A stretch of 64,000 bases of DNA. Origin: Candidatus Latescibacterota bacterium (GTDB lineage Bacteria > Latescibacterota > UBA2968 > GCA-2709665). The stretch's first letter is position 1. Each line of letters begins with the position of its first letter. The translations under genes were made by a program, and so were the position numbers. A model generated the notes under the pieces. The model had not been told where the DNA came from. It was given only the letters and a program-made list of their open reading frames with translations, and ran no database searches. Location: positions 672,001 through 736,000 of the forward strand of contig OZ241917.1 of assembly GCA_965203805.1 (NCBI GenBank). Direction: 5' to 3'. This document shows positions 40,569 through 51,547 of the stretch, piece by piece.

Positions 40569-40584
40569 AGGAATCTCCTTTCCA

Positions 40585-40860
40585 TTACGGATTCAGGGCG
40601 TTCTGCACGGCGTCCCGATCGGCGGTCAGTCTTTGAAGTTCTTGTTTCTTATCGGCCAGCGTACGTTCCAGTTCGGCCCGCTTCTGCCGGCACGCAGCCA
40701 GGTCCGCTTCTGCCGCCCGGGCATTGTTCCTTGCCTCTTCCAGCATCTGGAGATCTTCGTCCGAGGCCATTGCAATGCAGCCCGACAGAAGGGGAAGCAG
40801 GAACAGCGCCAGGACGACGCCGAATCCCGTGAAACGATCCATCAATTTGCGCTTAGCCAT
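40585..40860 (-). CDS. Small coiled-coil lipoprotein
   Basis: Lipobox LLSGC, helical tail, GGAG RBS, co-oriented with the LysM gene. Confidence 0.7.
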   Translation of the reverse strand: MAKRKLMDRFTGFGVVLALFLLPLLSGCIAMASDEDLQMLEEARNNARAAEADLAACRQKRAELERTLADKKQELQRLTADRDAVQNALNP

Positions 40861-41066
40861 CGATGTCTCCTTGGGGACACGTGTTCATACGTTGAAGGAA
40901 CGTTGAATTGACAGACTGACGACGTCGAATGACGTGGAGCTGATAAAAATGGCTCGAAATCACCGTCTGATCAGGTTACAATTAGTGCCTCAAAATACTA
41001 CAAGAACCCGTCAAAGTCAAGAAAAAAATCACCATGAACCCGCCTGGCACAGCGCACGCCTGAGGC

Positions 41067-42863
41067 TCAGGGAGGGACCGATTCGCCGCCCAGCAAGCGG
41101 ATACCGAGTTCTCTCAATTGGCCCGTATCGACCGCCGACGGAGCGCCGTCCATCAGGGAGGCCGCATTATTGGTTTTGGGAAAGGCGATCACGTCGCGGA
41201 TGTAATCCCGGCCCGCCATGAGGGCGACCAGGCGGTCGTACCCGAAAGCGATGCCGCCGTGCGGGGGCGCGCCATACCGGAACGCGTCCATAAGAAAGCC
41301 GAATTTCTCTTCCGCCTCACCGGGAGAAATATCCAGCAGATCAAACATCTTTTCCTGTATTTCGCGACGGTGGATACGAATGCTGCCGCCTGCTATTTCA
41401 TTCCCGTTCAGCACGAGGTCGTACGCGCGCGCCCGCACGCCGGACGGATCGGAAGCCATTTTTTCGATGTCTTCATCCAGCGGCGACGTGAACGGGTGGT
41501 GGCACGCCGTATACCGCTTCTCGACGGGGTCCCATTCCACCAGGGGGAAATGGGTCACCCACAGAAAGCTGAACTGATTGCGGTCCAGCAGGTTCAGCTG
41601 ATCCCCCAGCCTCAGGCGCAAATTGCCGAGTACGTCGGCCACAACGGCCGGCCGGTCAGCCGCAAACAGCAGAAGATCGCCCGGCTCGGCCTGCATGGCC
41701 TCCCGCAGCAGAGCCTGCGCCCGTTCGGGGAAGAATTTGACAATAGCCGATTCCATGCCGCCGTCCGTTACCCTTATCCAGGCCAGTCCCTTTGCGCCGA
41801 AACCGCTCACGAAGACGCCGAGGTCGTCAATCTGCTTGCGCGAAAACGTGCCGCAACCTCTGGCATTGATGCCGCGAACCTGTCCCCCTTCGGCCAGCAC
41901 GCGCTTGAACACCTGAAACCCGGAGGCTTCGGCGGCCGCGGCCAGATCCACGATTTCCAATCCGAATCGGGTGTCCGGCTTGTCGGACCCGTAGGTGTCG
42001 AGCGCCTCCTTGTGGGTGAGACTGGGAAAGGGCCTGGGCAGGTCGATATCCAGAATATCCTTGAAGAGGCCGGCGGTAAGCCGCTCCGCCGCGTCCATGA
42101 CGTCCTCTTCATTGACAAATGACATCTCAATGTCGATTTGCGTGAATTCCGGTTGCCGGTCTCCCCGCAGATCTTCATCTCTGAAACAGCGCACGATCTG
42201 AAAGTAACGGTCGAACCCGGCCACCATGATAAGCTGCTTGTAGGTCTGCGGGGACTGCGGCAGGGCGTAGAAGTGACCCGGATTGATCCGGCTCGGCACC
42301 AGATAATCGCGCGCGCCCTCCGGCGTACTCTTCATCAGAAACGGCGTTTCGACCTCGATAAAGCCGTCGTCTGAAAGGCGTCGTCGGGTGGCTTGCGATA
42401 TGCGGTGCCGCAGCAGAATGTCTGCTTGAACGTCCGGGCGGCGCAGGTCGAGGTAACGGTGGCGGAGCCGGATTTCTTCATTGGCATCCGACCCGGCGTC
42501 TATAAGAAATGGCGGGGTTTCCGATTCGTTCAGAATTTTCAGTTCGGATGCCTCGACGTCGATTTCGCCCGTAGACAGGTTCGGATTCGCCATCCCTTCC
42601 GGTCGGGACTCCACCCTGCCTTTGACCGCCAGCACGAATTCGTTCCGGATGGCTTCGGCGTTCCTGTGAATCTCAGGACTCAGATCGGGGCGAAAGACGA
42701 CCTGCGTGAGCCCGTCCCGGTCGCGCAGGTCGGCGAAGATCACGCCGCCGTGATCTCTGCGTTTGGCGACCCAGCCCATCAGGGTGACCTGCCTGCCGAT
42801 GTCCCGGGCGCGAAGGTCGCCGCAGGAGTGCGTGCGTTTCCAGTCGCCGAGGGATTCCGCCAT
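41067..42863 (-). CDS. aspS: Aspartate-tRNA ligase (probably non-discriminating Asp/Asn)
   Basis: RTHSCG, RRDHGG (His typical of ND-AspRS), TPEGARDY, PQSPQ, FRDED, GAPPHGGIAFG. Start at ATG 42863. Confidence 0.97.
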   Translation of the reverse strand: MAESLGDWKRTHSCGDLRARDIGRQVTLMGWVAKRRDHGGVIFADLRDRDGLTQVVFRPDLSPEIHRNAEAIRNEFVLAVKGRVESRPEGMANPNLSTGEIDVEASELKILNESETPPFLIDAGSDANEEIRLRHRYLDLRRPDVQADILLRHRISQATRRRLSDDGFIEVETPFLMKSTPEGARDYLVPSRINPGHFYALPQSPQTYKQLIMVAGFDRYFQIVRCFRDEDLRGDRQPEFTQIDIEMSFVNEEDVMDAAERLTAGLFKDILDIDLPRPFPSLTHKEALDTYGSDKPDTRFGLEIVDLAAAAEASGFQVFKRVLAEGGQVRGINARGCGTFSRKQIDDLGVFVSGFGAKGLAWIRVTDGGMESAIVKFFPERAQALLREAMQAEPGDLLLFAADRPAVVADVLGNLRLRLGDQLNLLDRNQFSFLWVTHFPLVEWDPVEKRYTACHHPFTSPLDEDIEKMASDPSGVRARAYDLVLNGNEIAGGSIRIHRREIQEKMFDLLDISPGEAEEKFGFLMDAFRYGAPPHGGIAFGYDRLVALMAGRDYIRDVIAFPKTNNAASLMDGAPSAVDTGQLRELGIRLLGGESVPP

Positions 42864-43135
42864 ATCGTAGGCTCCGGTATAGGGACGAATTGGTTCGCGG
42901 TGGCGCCGCCAGGGCGTTTCCGCGCATTGTGTCCTTGGCGTTAACTTTGATTCGTCATTTTTCGGGGACGTTAATTCGAAAATGTGCAAGTGAATAGAGG
43001 CGATTTAACTGCCGATTTCTATGATGCTTCAGGTCACCGGACGTGAACGGAAAAAATGTCCTTCCGGACGACCTTTTCGGCCCAATTCGAAAGGCTTTGT
43101 CGCGACGCCGCGTTGCTGATTTTGTCACATTAAGG

Positions 43136-44419
43136 TTAATGTGTCGTTTTTGTGAGTTCTGCGAGTTTGCTGATATCGTCGGACGGCAGAATGGTCTGCG
43201 CGCCTGTTGCCAGGATCTTCAACACAACGGTATTCGACCGCAATTCGTCGGGTCCGATGATGGCAACGAACGGAATGCCCTTGCGGTGGGCGTATTTCAG
43301 CTGCCGGTCGAGTCGTTGACCGGGTTGGAGGCCGAGTTCAACGGCGAGCCCCCGGGATCTGGCCCGTCTCGCGTATTCCGCGGCGGGTCCGGCCACGTCT
43401 TCGGAAAAGACCGTGACGAGCAGGTCGGGAACCCCGGCGGCGACGCCGGAAATCAGATCCGATTCCTTCAGCAGTTCGGTGATTGCCATGTCGCCAACCG
43501 CAAAGCCAACGCCGGGAACCGGCCTCCTGCCGCCGACCTGCAAGGTCAGATTGTCGTACCGGCCGCCGCCAAACAGGGCGCGCTTCAATGAATTCCTCGC
43601 CCAGGCTTCAAAGACAATGCCGGTGTAATAGTCGAAGCCGCGAACGATCTTCGGGTCCGTTTCAACGTACTCCGAGACGTTGTTCTTTTCGAGAAGCCGG
43701 ATGACCCGTTGGAGCCGCGGCGAGAACCCCGGGGATTTGCTGTCCAGAGTTTTCACAAGTCCGTCGATCTGCTCCGGACCCAGGCCGAGGTCTTCCAGCC
43801 CGGCGCTGAATTTCTCGAAGGGGATCCTGTCGATCCGGTCAACGATGGCGAAGAGTGGCCGAATCTGAGGAGGAAGCAGGCCAAGGGAGCGGATGAGATG
43901 GCATTCGAGGCCCTGTCGATCGTTGAGCCTCACCGCCACCTGATCGGAAGACAGTCCGAAGACCTTGAAGAGTTCGCAGGCGATCGTGACGATTTCGACG
44001 TCGGCGTAGAGTGTATCGCTTCCCAGCAGGTCGATGTTCCATTGAAAGAAAGACCTTCCTCTGCCGCGCTGAGGACGTTCGTACCGGTAGAAACGTCCGT
44101 ACGATTGCCAGCGCAGGGGAAAGACAAGCCGGTCTTCCTCCTGGGCTACCATGCGGGCGAGAGTCGGCGTAAGTTCCGGCCGAAGAACGAGGGTCTTCTC
44201 GTCGCGGCCGGACAACGAGAATGTCTGCCGGCCCACAATCTCTTCGCTGGTCTTACCCAGGTAGAGGTCCATGTATTCGACGATGGGCCCCTCATACTCT
44301 TGATAGCCGTATCCGGCGCCAAGCGAGAGGCACGTTTCACCGAGCCACTTCTGAAGGGCCCAGTCTTCAGGATAGAAGTCCCGGACTCCTTTAACGCGGG
44401 GGATGCGTTCAGCTGCCAT
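43136..44419 (-). CDS. hisS: Histidine-tRNA ligase
   Basis: KGVRDF, LRPELT, RYERPQRGR, RGFDYYTG, GGGRYD. Confidence 0.96.
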   Translation of the reverse strand: MAAERIPRVKGVRDFYPEDWALQKWLGETCLSLGAGYGYQEYEGPIVEYMDLYLGKTSEEIVGRQTFSLSGRDEKTLVLRPELTPTLARMVAQEEDRLVFPLRWQSYGRFYRYERPQRGRGRSFFQWNIDLLGSDTLYADVEIVTIACELFKVFGLSSDQVAVRLNDRQGLECHLIRSLGLLPPQIRPLFAIVDRIDRIPFEKFSAGLEDLGLGPEQIDGLVKTLDSKSPGFSPRLQRVIRLLEKNNVSEYVETDPKIVRGFDYYTGIVFEAWARNSLKRALFGGGRYDNLTLQVGGRRPVPGVGFAVGDMAITELLKESDLISGVAAGVPDLLVTVFSEDVAGPAAEYARRARSRGLAVELGLQPGQRLDRQLKYAHRKGIPFVAIIGPDELRSNTVVLKILATGAQTILPSDDISKLAELTKTTH

Positions 44420-44504
44420 GATCTTCATATTCCAGGTGGGTAAGCCCTTGATTTTCAGCCAAATCGACAAAGATACACACAAGTCTGTTCATTGTCAAGA
44501 CATA

Positions 44505-45707
44505 TCAGGATTCCGGCCGAAATGCGGCTTCGAGGTGCCGAATCCGGGGCGTATCTTCCACGAAGCAAACGGCAATCACGTCGAAGCGCGGGGCGAAACC
44601 GGGGTCAGGGTGACGCTGGAGATACGCCCTCGCGACCCGTATGATCTGACGTTGCTTGTCGAGAGTCACGCGGGTTTCAGGCGGTCCGAATCCGGGTGCG
44701 GTTGCGGTTTTTACTTCGACAAACGCGAGGGTTCGTCCCCTGGTTGCGATAAGATCGACTTCTCCTCCCGCCGCCCGGTAGTTTCGTCTGAGTATCCGGT
44801 AGCCCGCTTTCACGAGCATTACGGCGGCCGCGTTCTCCCCCCGCCTGCCCGCCCATGGCAGACGCGTTTGTCCGCGTCCGATGCGGCTGGCAGGTTCATC
44901 CCGGCCCGTCTTCGTGGATGCGTCGGCCGCAGGGTTGGCCGGCTGCACGCCGTTGAAGGACAGCCGGTGGATCCGACAGGGACCGTGTCTTCGGAGCGCG
45001 CGCCGGTGATTGGCGCTCCCGTATCCCTTGTGGTCGGCAAACCCGTATTCGGGGAATTCGCGATGGAACGCCGCCATTCTTCGGTCCCTGCTAACTTTGG
45101 CGAGCACGGAAGCGGCTGCAATGGAGAGGGAAGCCGCGTCGCCGTCGATTACGGCGGATTCCGGAAACGGGCCGCCGGGGACCCCTGCGCCATCCACAAG
45201 TACACGGTCGGGTGGTACGCCGAGCCGTTTAATGGCGCGTCGCATGGCCAGATAAGTGGCCTGCAGGATATTCATGCGGTCGATTTCTTCCGCCGAAGCC
45301 TCGCCGGTGGCATGGGCGACGGCGATTTCTCTGATCCGGTCGTAAAGCCTCTCCCGTTTCAGAGGCGTGAGTACTTTGGAGTCGTTCAGTCCGTGGATCA
45401 GGGCATCCGGGGGCAAAATCACAGCGGCAGCGACGACCGGTCCGGCCAGGGGCCCTCTTCCCGCTTCGTCGACGCCCGCGATACGGCGGAGTCCCCTCGC
45501 GTGCAGCCGCATCTCCAGGACCCGCATTTTTTCCAGACGCGCGCGTTCAGCCGACACGGATCTGCGGCGTCGACGCTCCTTGAACGCCAGGCGGCGCACG
45601 CCGGCGCGCGGGTCGGCATCCAGGACATCCAGCAGGGCAGTGTCGATTACGTCCGATTCACGCAGGAGGTCTCGGACCTGGGAAACGGTGAGACTGGATA
45701 GGTCCAT
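44505..45707 (-). CDS. rnhB: Ribonuclease HII fused to a C-terminal YraN (UPF0102) nuclease-fold domain
   Basis: [35 protein letters not shown], then a linker and GRRGE...RNYR...GEVDLIA...FVEVKT...RFDV in one frame. Confidence 0.9.
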   Translation of the reverse strand: MDLSSLTVSQVRDLLRESDVIDTALLDVLDADPRAGVRRLAFKERRRRRSVSAERARLEKMRVLEMRLHARGLRRIAGVDEAGRGPLAGPVVAAAVILPPDALIHGLNDSKVLTPLKRERLYDRIREIAVAHATGEASAEEIDRMNILQATYLAMRRAIKRLGVPPDRVLVDGAGVPGGPFPESAVIDGDAASLSIAAASVLAKVSRDRRMAAFHREFPEYGFADHKGYGSANHRRALRRHGPCRIHRLSFNGVQPANPAADASTKTGRDEPASRIGRGQTRLPWAGRRGENAAAVMLVKAGYRILRRNYRAAGGEVDLIATRGRTLAFVEVKTATAPGFGPPETRVTLDKQRQIIRVARAYLQRHPDPGFAPRFDVIAVCFVEDTPRIRHLEAAFRPES

Positions 45708-45974
45708 GGGAACATGGGTCCGGCAGGTGTCAGAGGCGCATAACGGTCCGTTGAATTATGGTCGAATGCGCGTGAACATGCAAGAAAAAGCGCCCCGCCC
45801 GGTACCGCCAGGGCCAGGCACGCGGACGGCGCCGGGTGCTCCCGCGCCGCTGAATGTTGAATTCGGGAATTTTTGGACTATATTTGTATACGTCAACAAC
45901 GTTTCTCAGGCAGGACTTGCGGGACACCTGCTCCCGTCTCATCGGCGAGTCATTGACTCATAACGGAGACGACG

Positions 45975-47741
45975 GTGGAAACGCGTTCGAGAACCGAGAA
46001 CTTCCGAAAGCTGCTGCAATTCGTCCGGCCGCATGCCGCCAGGCTTGCCGGCGCGCTGGGTCTGACCGTGCTGCTGGCGACTCTGGGTATGGCGCCGCCA
46101 TTGATCGTCATGTACATCGTCGACGAGGTGATCGTGGCGGGCCGCTGGGACATGCTGGAACTTGCGGTCACGGTACTGGTAGCCGTGCCGGTCCTCACGG
46201 CCGGTCTGCGCGTGGCAAACGCGTTTACGCTCTCTTACGTCTCGCATCGGTTGATCATGAATGTTCGACTGTCGATGTACGAGCACGTGTTCCGGCTGGC
46301 CCTGAGGTTTCATGACGAGATGGGTACGGGAAAGGTGATGTCCCGGATGATGGGGGACGTCGCAACGGTTCGGCAGATGGTAACGATGCAGATGTTGCGC
46401 ATCGTGACGGATCTGATATCGATCGTCGCGGCGCTGGGTATCTGTTACGGACTGAACTGGAAACTCGCGCTGCTGATGACGATACTGATGCCGCCGTACG
46501 TCGTCAACTACCGGATCTTTATAGGTCCGATACGCACGTCCAGACGCCGGTGGCGGGAGAAAATGGACGACGTGTCGGTCGGGCTTCAGGAGCGCCTGAG
46601 CGGAGCGAAACTGGTGAAGGCCTATGGCCGTGAAAAACGAGAAAACAGGGCATTCGCCGAGGAAACCCGATCGGGCCTGGACTTCGCCATGGAGACGGAG
46701 ACACATCGCGCGTCGGCGCGTTCCGGCTTCTGGGTGGTGTCCGGCGTCCGCAACACGCTGATTTTCTGCCTGGGGTGCTATTTCGTCATCCAGGGTGACA
46801 TGACCTATGGCGGCGTGATGGCTTTTCTGGCGTACGCGATGCGGGTCTTCGAGCCGGTATTGAACCTGATGAACGTGGGCATTCAAATCGAGGACATGCT
46901 GGTTTCGGTAGATCGGATCTACGAGATTCTGGACCATCCGGTTGAAATCCGGGATGCTCCCGACGCGGCGGACCTTTCAGGAATTCAAGGGCGGGTCGTG
47001 TTCGACAACGTGGGATTCGAATACAAAGCAGGGGAGCCCGTGCTGAAGAATATCTGTCTTGACGTCCAGCCGGGGCAGATGGTGGCGCTGGTCGGTCACA
47101 CCGGGTGCGGCAAGACAACGCTGACCAGCCTTCTCATGCGATACTATGACGTCACTGAAGGCGCGATTCGCGTTGATGGACACGATATCCGGCAGGTGAC
47201 GATCAGATCCCTCAGGAAACAGGTGGGACAGGTGCTGCAGGACTCCGTGCTTTTCGACACGACACTCAGGGAAAACCTCTGTTACGGCAAGCCGGACGCG
47301 CCCGAAACGGAGTTGATCGAAGCGGCGCGCGTCAGTGAAATTCACGAATTCATGATGCGAACGCGGGACGGATACGATACCCGGATCGGAGACGATGGCA
47401 TCAAGCTTTCCGTGGGAGAGAAGCAGAGGCTGTCGATTGCGAGGGCGGTGCTGACCCATCCGGCGATCCTGATTCTGGATGAGGCGACTTCATCTCTGGA
47501 TTCGCTCTCGGAAGCCCTGATTCAGAAGGCGATGGCCGCCGTTCTGAAGGATCGTACGTCGTTCGTCATCGCCCACAGGCTGTCTACCGTATTAACGGCC
47601 GACCTGATCATCGTCATGGACCGCGGGGAGATCGTTGAACGGGGTACACATGACGTACTGATGCAAATACCCGATGGAAATTACCGGCGCCTCGTACAGC
47701 AGCAGTTTGCAGAAGTCGATTCCGGGGCCGCCGCAGTCTGA
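45975..47741 (+). CDS. ABC exporter TMD-NBD subunit 1
   Basis: 6-TM domain, GHTGCGKT, degenerate LSVGE signature, ILILDEAT, IAHRL. Confidence 0.9.
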   Translation: METRSRTENFRKLLQFVRPHAARLAGALGLTVLLATLGMAPPLIVMYIVDEVIVAGRWDMLELAVTVLVAVPVLTAGLRVANAFTLSYVSHRLIMNVRLSMYEHVFRLALRFHDEMGTGKVMSRMMGDVATVRQMVTMQMLRIVTDLISIVAALGICYGLNWKLALLMTILMPPYVVNYRIFIGPIRTSRRRWREKMDDVSVGLQERLSGAKLVKAYGREKRENRAFAEETRSGLDFAMETETHRASARSGFWVVSGVRNTLIFCLGCYFVIQGDMTYGGVMAFLAYAMRVFEPVLNLMNVGIQIEDMLVSVDRIYEILDHPVEIRDAPDAADLSGIQGRVVFDNVGFEYKAGEPVLKNICLDVQPGQMVALVGHTGCGKTTLTSLLMRYYDVTEGAIRVDGHDIRQVTIRSLRKQVGQVLQDSVLFDTTLRENLCYGKPDAPETELIEAARVSEIHEFMMRTRDGYDTRIGDDGIKLSVGEKQRLSIARAVLTHPAILILDEATSSLDSLSEALIQKAMAAVLKDRTSFVIAHRLSTVLTADLIIVMDRGEIVERGTHDVLMQIPDGNYRRLVQQQFAEVDSGAAAV

Positions 47742-47787
47742 CACCCTCACGCACCTCGGTTTCCATAAGCGCGTTTTCTCATCCGGC

Positions 47788-49695
47788 ATGAACCCGTATC
47801 TCAAACGATTCATAAGGATTTATATCCGGCCGTTCTGGCTCCGGGTCGCCCTGGTGATGGGACTGGCGGGTATAACGGGATCCTATTTCTACATCCTGGG
47901 TTTCATCACCAAGACAACGGTGGATGACGTGCTTCAGATCCGGTCGGAGTCGGACGCAGAAGAGGTTGCTGACACCCCGGCCCCTGCACATGTGCGGCCC
48001 ATGAACGCCACAAAGGATCACCGAATCGATCGGGATCCGCAGCGGGTGTTGCCGCACGGCTGGGACACCGATCGTCCGAAGCCCGTCAAGACCCGTTCTG
48101 AGAAGATCAGGTGGCTCTGGGTCGTGTTCGGCGTCTATCTGGCCGTGCGCTTTCTGTTTTCAGGGATGAACTGGTTTTTCAATTACAATATCGCGTTTGT
48201 GGGCAATCGGATCGTCTACCGCGTACGTCTGGACTTGCACCAGAAGGTCCAGAAGCTGCAGATGGCCTTTTTCGACCGCAAACAGGTCGGCAAGATCATG
48301 TCGCGCATTCTGGACGATGTGCAACTGTTGCAAAGCGAGGTGACGACGACGTTCGTGGAGACAATAGGGCACCTGGCGAAGATCGTGATTGGCGTTGTGG
48401 TTCTGCTGCTGATAAACGTGAAACTCGCTGCCTTCGCGCTGCTGGCGCTCCCGCTTTACGTGCTCGCTTACAGGACGTTCCAGCGCCCGATCTCGGAGAC
48501 ATTCGCACGGATGAGAGAAGCCTACGCCGACACCTACGGCGCCCTGGAAGAACGGGTTCGGGGGATTCGGGTGGTGTATTCCTTTACGAATGAACGCACG
48601 GAACGAAGGTTGTTCTTCAGACGGCTGGCATCCATTTTCAGGCTTTCAGTGAAGAATTCGATGCTGAATGCCAGCCTGCGCGCGGTCTGTGCGGCCATCG
48701 GGGCCGCGGCGGGCGCGCTGATGCTCTATTGGGGAGCGCTGATGGTTCGGGACGGAAGCATGACGGTGGGCGAGTTGATATATTTCAATATGTCCCTCTC
48801 CAATTTGTTCATGCCTCTGGTGGCGCTCACCAACGTAAACGTGGTCATCAGGCAGATGATTGTCGTGATATCCCGGGTTTTCGAAGTGCTGGACGAGGAG
48901 ATATTGATAAAGGACCGCCCGGGCGCGGTCACGTTGAAACGCGTGCGGGGACGGGTGGTGTTCCGGAACGTCTGGTTCCAATACAATGCGCTCGCTGACG
49001 CCGTGATAAAGGACCTGAGTTTTTCGGTAAGGCCAGGTATGTCCGTGTCGGTCGTGGGTCCTTCCGGCGCCGGCAAAAGCACGCTCCTCAGCCTGTTGCT
49101 GAGGCTCTATGAGCCGACGCGCGGCAGCATCCTGCTGGATGACTACAATCTTCATGACCTCCGGCTTGCCAGCATCCGGAGGCACGTCAGCATGGTACCA
49201 CAGGAACCCGTTCTGTTTTCGGGAACCATTTCACAAAACATCGTCTACGGCAGAGACGGCGCGACGCCCGGCCAGATCATGGAAGCCGCCAGGCGCGCTG
49301 AATTGCATGACTTCATAATGGGCCAGCCCGAGAAATATGAGTCCAGGGTCGAAGAGGGCGGCGGCAACCTGTCCGGAGGCCAGAAGCAGCGGCTGGCCCT
49401 GGCGATGGCGATTCTGACCGATCCCGCCATACTTATCCTCGACGATACGACGTCGGCCCTGGACGCGGGTACGGAAGCCAGGATTCAGAAAACTCTGGAT
49501 CGGGTTATGGCTGGACGCACGACCTTTGTGATCACCCATCGGATTTCTACGGCCGCCCGTGCGGACCGGATTCTGGTACTTGATAACGGGCAGATGGCGG
49601 GGTGGGGGTCCCACGTGGAATTGCTGTCTCAGGGCGGGGTATACGGCCAACTCTACGAAGAGCAACAGAAGCCGGCGCCTGGAATTGCAGGATAA
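47788..49695 (+). CDS. ABC exporter TMD-NBD subunit 2
   Basis: GPSGAGKS, LSGGQ, degenerate Walker B ILILDDTT, ITHRI. Start at ATG 47788. Confidence 0.9.
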   Translation: MNPYLKRFIRIYIRPFWLRVALVMGLAGITGSYFYILGFITKTTVDDVLQIRSESDAEEVADTPAPAHVRPMNATKDHRIDRDPQRVLPHGWDTDRPKPVKTRSEKIRWLWVVFGVYLAVRFLFSGMNWFFNYNIAFVGNRIVYRVRLDLHQKVQKLQMAFFDRKQVGKIMSRILDDVQLLQSEVTTTFVETIGHLAKIVIGVVVLLLINVKLAAFALLALPLYVLAYRTFQRPISETFARMREAYADTYGALEERVRGIRVVYSFTNERTERRLFFRRLASIFRLSVKNSMLNASLRAVCAAIGAAAGALMLYWGALMVRDGSMTVGELIYFNMSLSNLFMPLVALTNVNVVIRQMIVVISRVFEVLDEEILIKDRPGAVTLKRVRGRVVFRNVWFQYNALADAVIKDLSFSVRPGMSVSVVGPSGAGKSTLLSLLLRLYEPTRGSILLDDYNLHDLRLASIRRHVSMVPQEPVLFSGTISQNIVYGRDGATPGQIMEAARRAELHDFIMGQPEKYESRVEEGGGNLSGGQKQRLALAMAILTDPAILILDDTTSALDAGTEARIQKTLDRVMAGRTTFVITHRISTAARADRILVLDNGQMAGWGSHVELLSQGGVYGQLYEEQQKPAPGIAG

Positions 49696-49807
49696 ACGAA
49701 GTGCGGCGCCGCGGGGTGCGATCCGGTAGAAGACGAATCGAGGGAGTGGGCAGGAGAATCAGTCGGAATCCCCCGCGAAGTGGACAGGCCCGATACACGG
49801 CCCCGTC

Positions 49808-50581
49808 TCATTGGTTGACCGGCGCCAGTTGACTCAGCAGCGTTTCGTCATCGCCGCTGAACTTCTTGATGCACAGGTCACAATCCGGACAGGGACGGTT
49901 GTAGCAGTTTTTGTGCACCCGGATCGGGTATTGATGCTGAAACGCCTTGGAGCAGTGTCTTGAACAGAAGACGTAACGGTCCTGATAACTGCCGAACGCG
50001 GCGTAGACAACGATGGATTCCTCTTCGGCCAGCGTCAGGTTCTTCTCGCACCAGCTGCAGATACCGGCCTGTTCCCTTGCCCGGGCCGAACGCTTTTTTT
50101 CAATTTCTTCATCGGACCAGACGTATTCTATATGCTGGACGTTGTCTTTGGTGACTTTCGCGCGCACCACGCCGTCCGTAATCCCGAGAATATAATCTCC
50201 CTGGGTGTCGAACGTGGTGCCGCACTCGATGTTGCGCCCGGTTTTCAGATGGATGACGGACTTGCCCTCTTCGGGCGAGATGAACGAAAACCACCCGCAA
50301 CTGGCGCAGACGCTGGTAAAGAGAAACTGCTGCGTCTTTTGGCCGCATGCCGGGCAACGGCCTTCCTCCATCATACGGATGTCCTGCAGTGTGGTCTTGG
50401 CGGCCTTCCTCACTGCAGCGTCGATCTCTTCCATCGTTTCGTCGAGGTCGTTCGAATCTCTCTCGGTAAGCAGATTCATGGCTTCTTCTACTTCTTCTGC
50501 CTGTCCCTCGATTACGATCTGCTTCTCACGCGCCGAAGCCGAATGATCTTCCTCGTCGCGCTTGAATATGCCCTTCAGCAT
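49808..50581 (-). CDS. Cysteine-rich hypothetical protein (multiple Zn-binding knuckles)
   Basis: CPAC/CASC, CSWC/FCSRHC, HKNC...CPDCDLC; GAGG RBS. Confidence 0.65.
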   Translation of the reverse strand: MLKGIFKRDEEDHSASAREKQIVIEGQAEEVEEAMNLLTERDSNDLDETMEEIDAAVRKAAKTTLQDIRMMEEGRCPACGQKTQQFLFTSVCASCGWFSFISPEEGKSVIHLKTGRNIECGTTFDTQGDYILGITDGVVRAKVTKDNVQHIEYVWSDEEIEKKRSARAREQAGICSWCEKNLTLAEEESIVVYAAFGSYQDRYVFCSRHCSKAFQHQYPIRVHKNCYNRPCPDCDLCIKKFSGDDETLLSQLAPVNQ

Positions 50582-50776
50582 AAGGCGTCACCTCGTTCCC
50601 GGGCCTGACCCGACACACTGCCGATTGCGCGGCCGCCGGCCCGAAAATCAGAGAATTTTTCTCCTTCTGTGGTCCTTCAGTCGTAAATCGAAGGACGCGG
50701 ATATTCGTTGATTGAATATAAACATCGATTGTCGTAAAGTCAATCATGGGGGGTGCGAACCGGCCTGTTTTCATTT

Positions 50777-51547
50777 TCAGAGGCGCCGCAGATGGAAACC
50801 GCCGTCGACGGGAATCGCCGCGCCGGTCGTAAAGTCGAAGTACCCCAGGGCGACGGCGGCAACGGCTTTCCCAACGTCATCCGGTATGCCCCAGCGCCGG
50901 ATGGGCGTAAGCCCTTCCGCGATCCGGCGATCATAAGTTTCCCTGACCGGGCCCGTCATGTCTGTTTTGATAATGCCCGGTCGGATTTCATTGACGGTGA
51001 TTCCGTGCTCAGCCAATCTGACGGCGAACAGGGCGGTCATCATGCTGAGACCGGCCTTGGAGACGCAATATTCACCCCTTGATGTGGAGCTTGCAAAGGC
51101 TGAAATCGACGTGACGTTGACGATTCTGGCCTTCGCGACGACGCCGTTCCTGGTGAGACGGATCATGTGGTTGGCCGCCAACTGGGTCAGGAAATAGGGC
51201 CCCCTGAGGTTGGTGTTCAGGACTTCGTCGTAACTCTCGGGTGTGGCTTCGAGAATGTCCGCGCGGGTCCGCGGGGCGATCCCGGCGTTGTTTACGAGCA
51301 GGTCGATCCGGCCGAACGCGTCCAGGGTGCACTCAACCAGGCGCCTGCTTTCCTCCGCAACCGCAACCGACGCCCTGCAGACGCGCGGCCGCCGTTTTCT
51401 CTTCCGGACCTCGTCGGCCGTCTGCTCCGCGGCGTCCCGGTTGCTGTTATAGTTGACAACGATGTCATAACCGACGTCGGCCAGACAACAGGCAATAGCC
51501 CGGCCTATACCCCGGCTCGAACCCGTAACGAGTGCGACTGGCGCCAT
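50777..51547 (-). CDS. Short-chain dehydrogenase/reductase (3-ketoacyl-ACP reductase-like)
   Basis: TGSSRGIG, NNAG, YCVSK, VDGG. Confidence 0.88.
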   Translation of the reverse strand: MAPVALVTGSSRGIGRAIACCLADVGYDIVVNYNSNRDAAEQTADEVRKRKRRPRVCRASVAVAEESRRLVECTLDAFGRIDLLVNNAGIAPRTRADILEATPESYDEVLNTNLRGPYFLTQLAANHMIRLTRNGVVAKARIVNVTSISAFASSTSRGEYCVSKAGLSMMTALFAVRLAEHGITVNEIRPGIIKTDMTGPVRETYDRRIAEGLTPIRRWGIPDDVGKAVAAVALGYFDFTTGAAIPVDGGFHLRRL

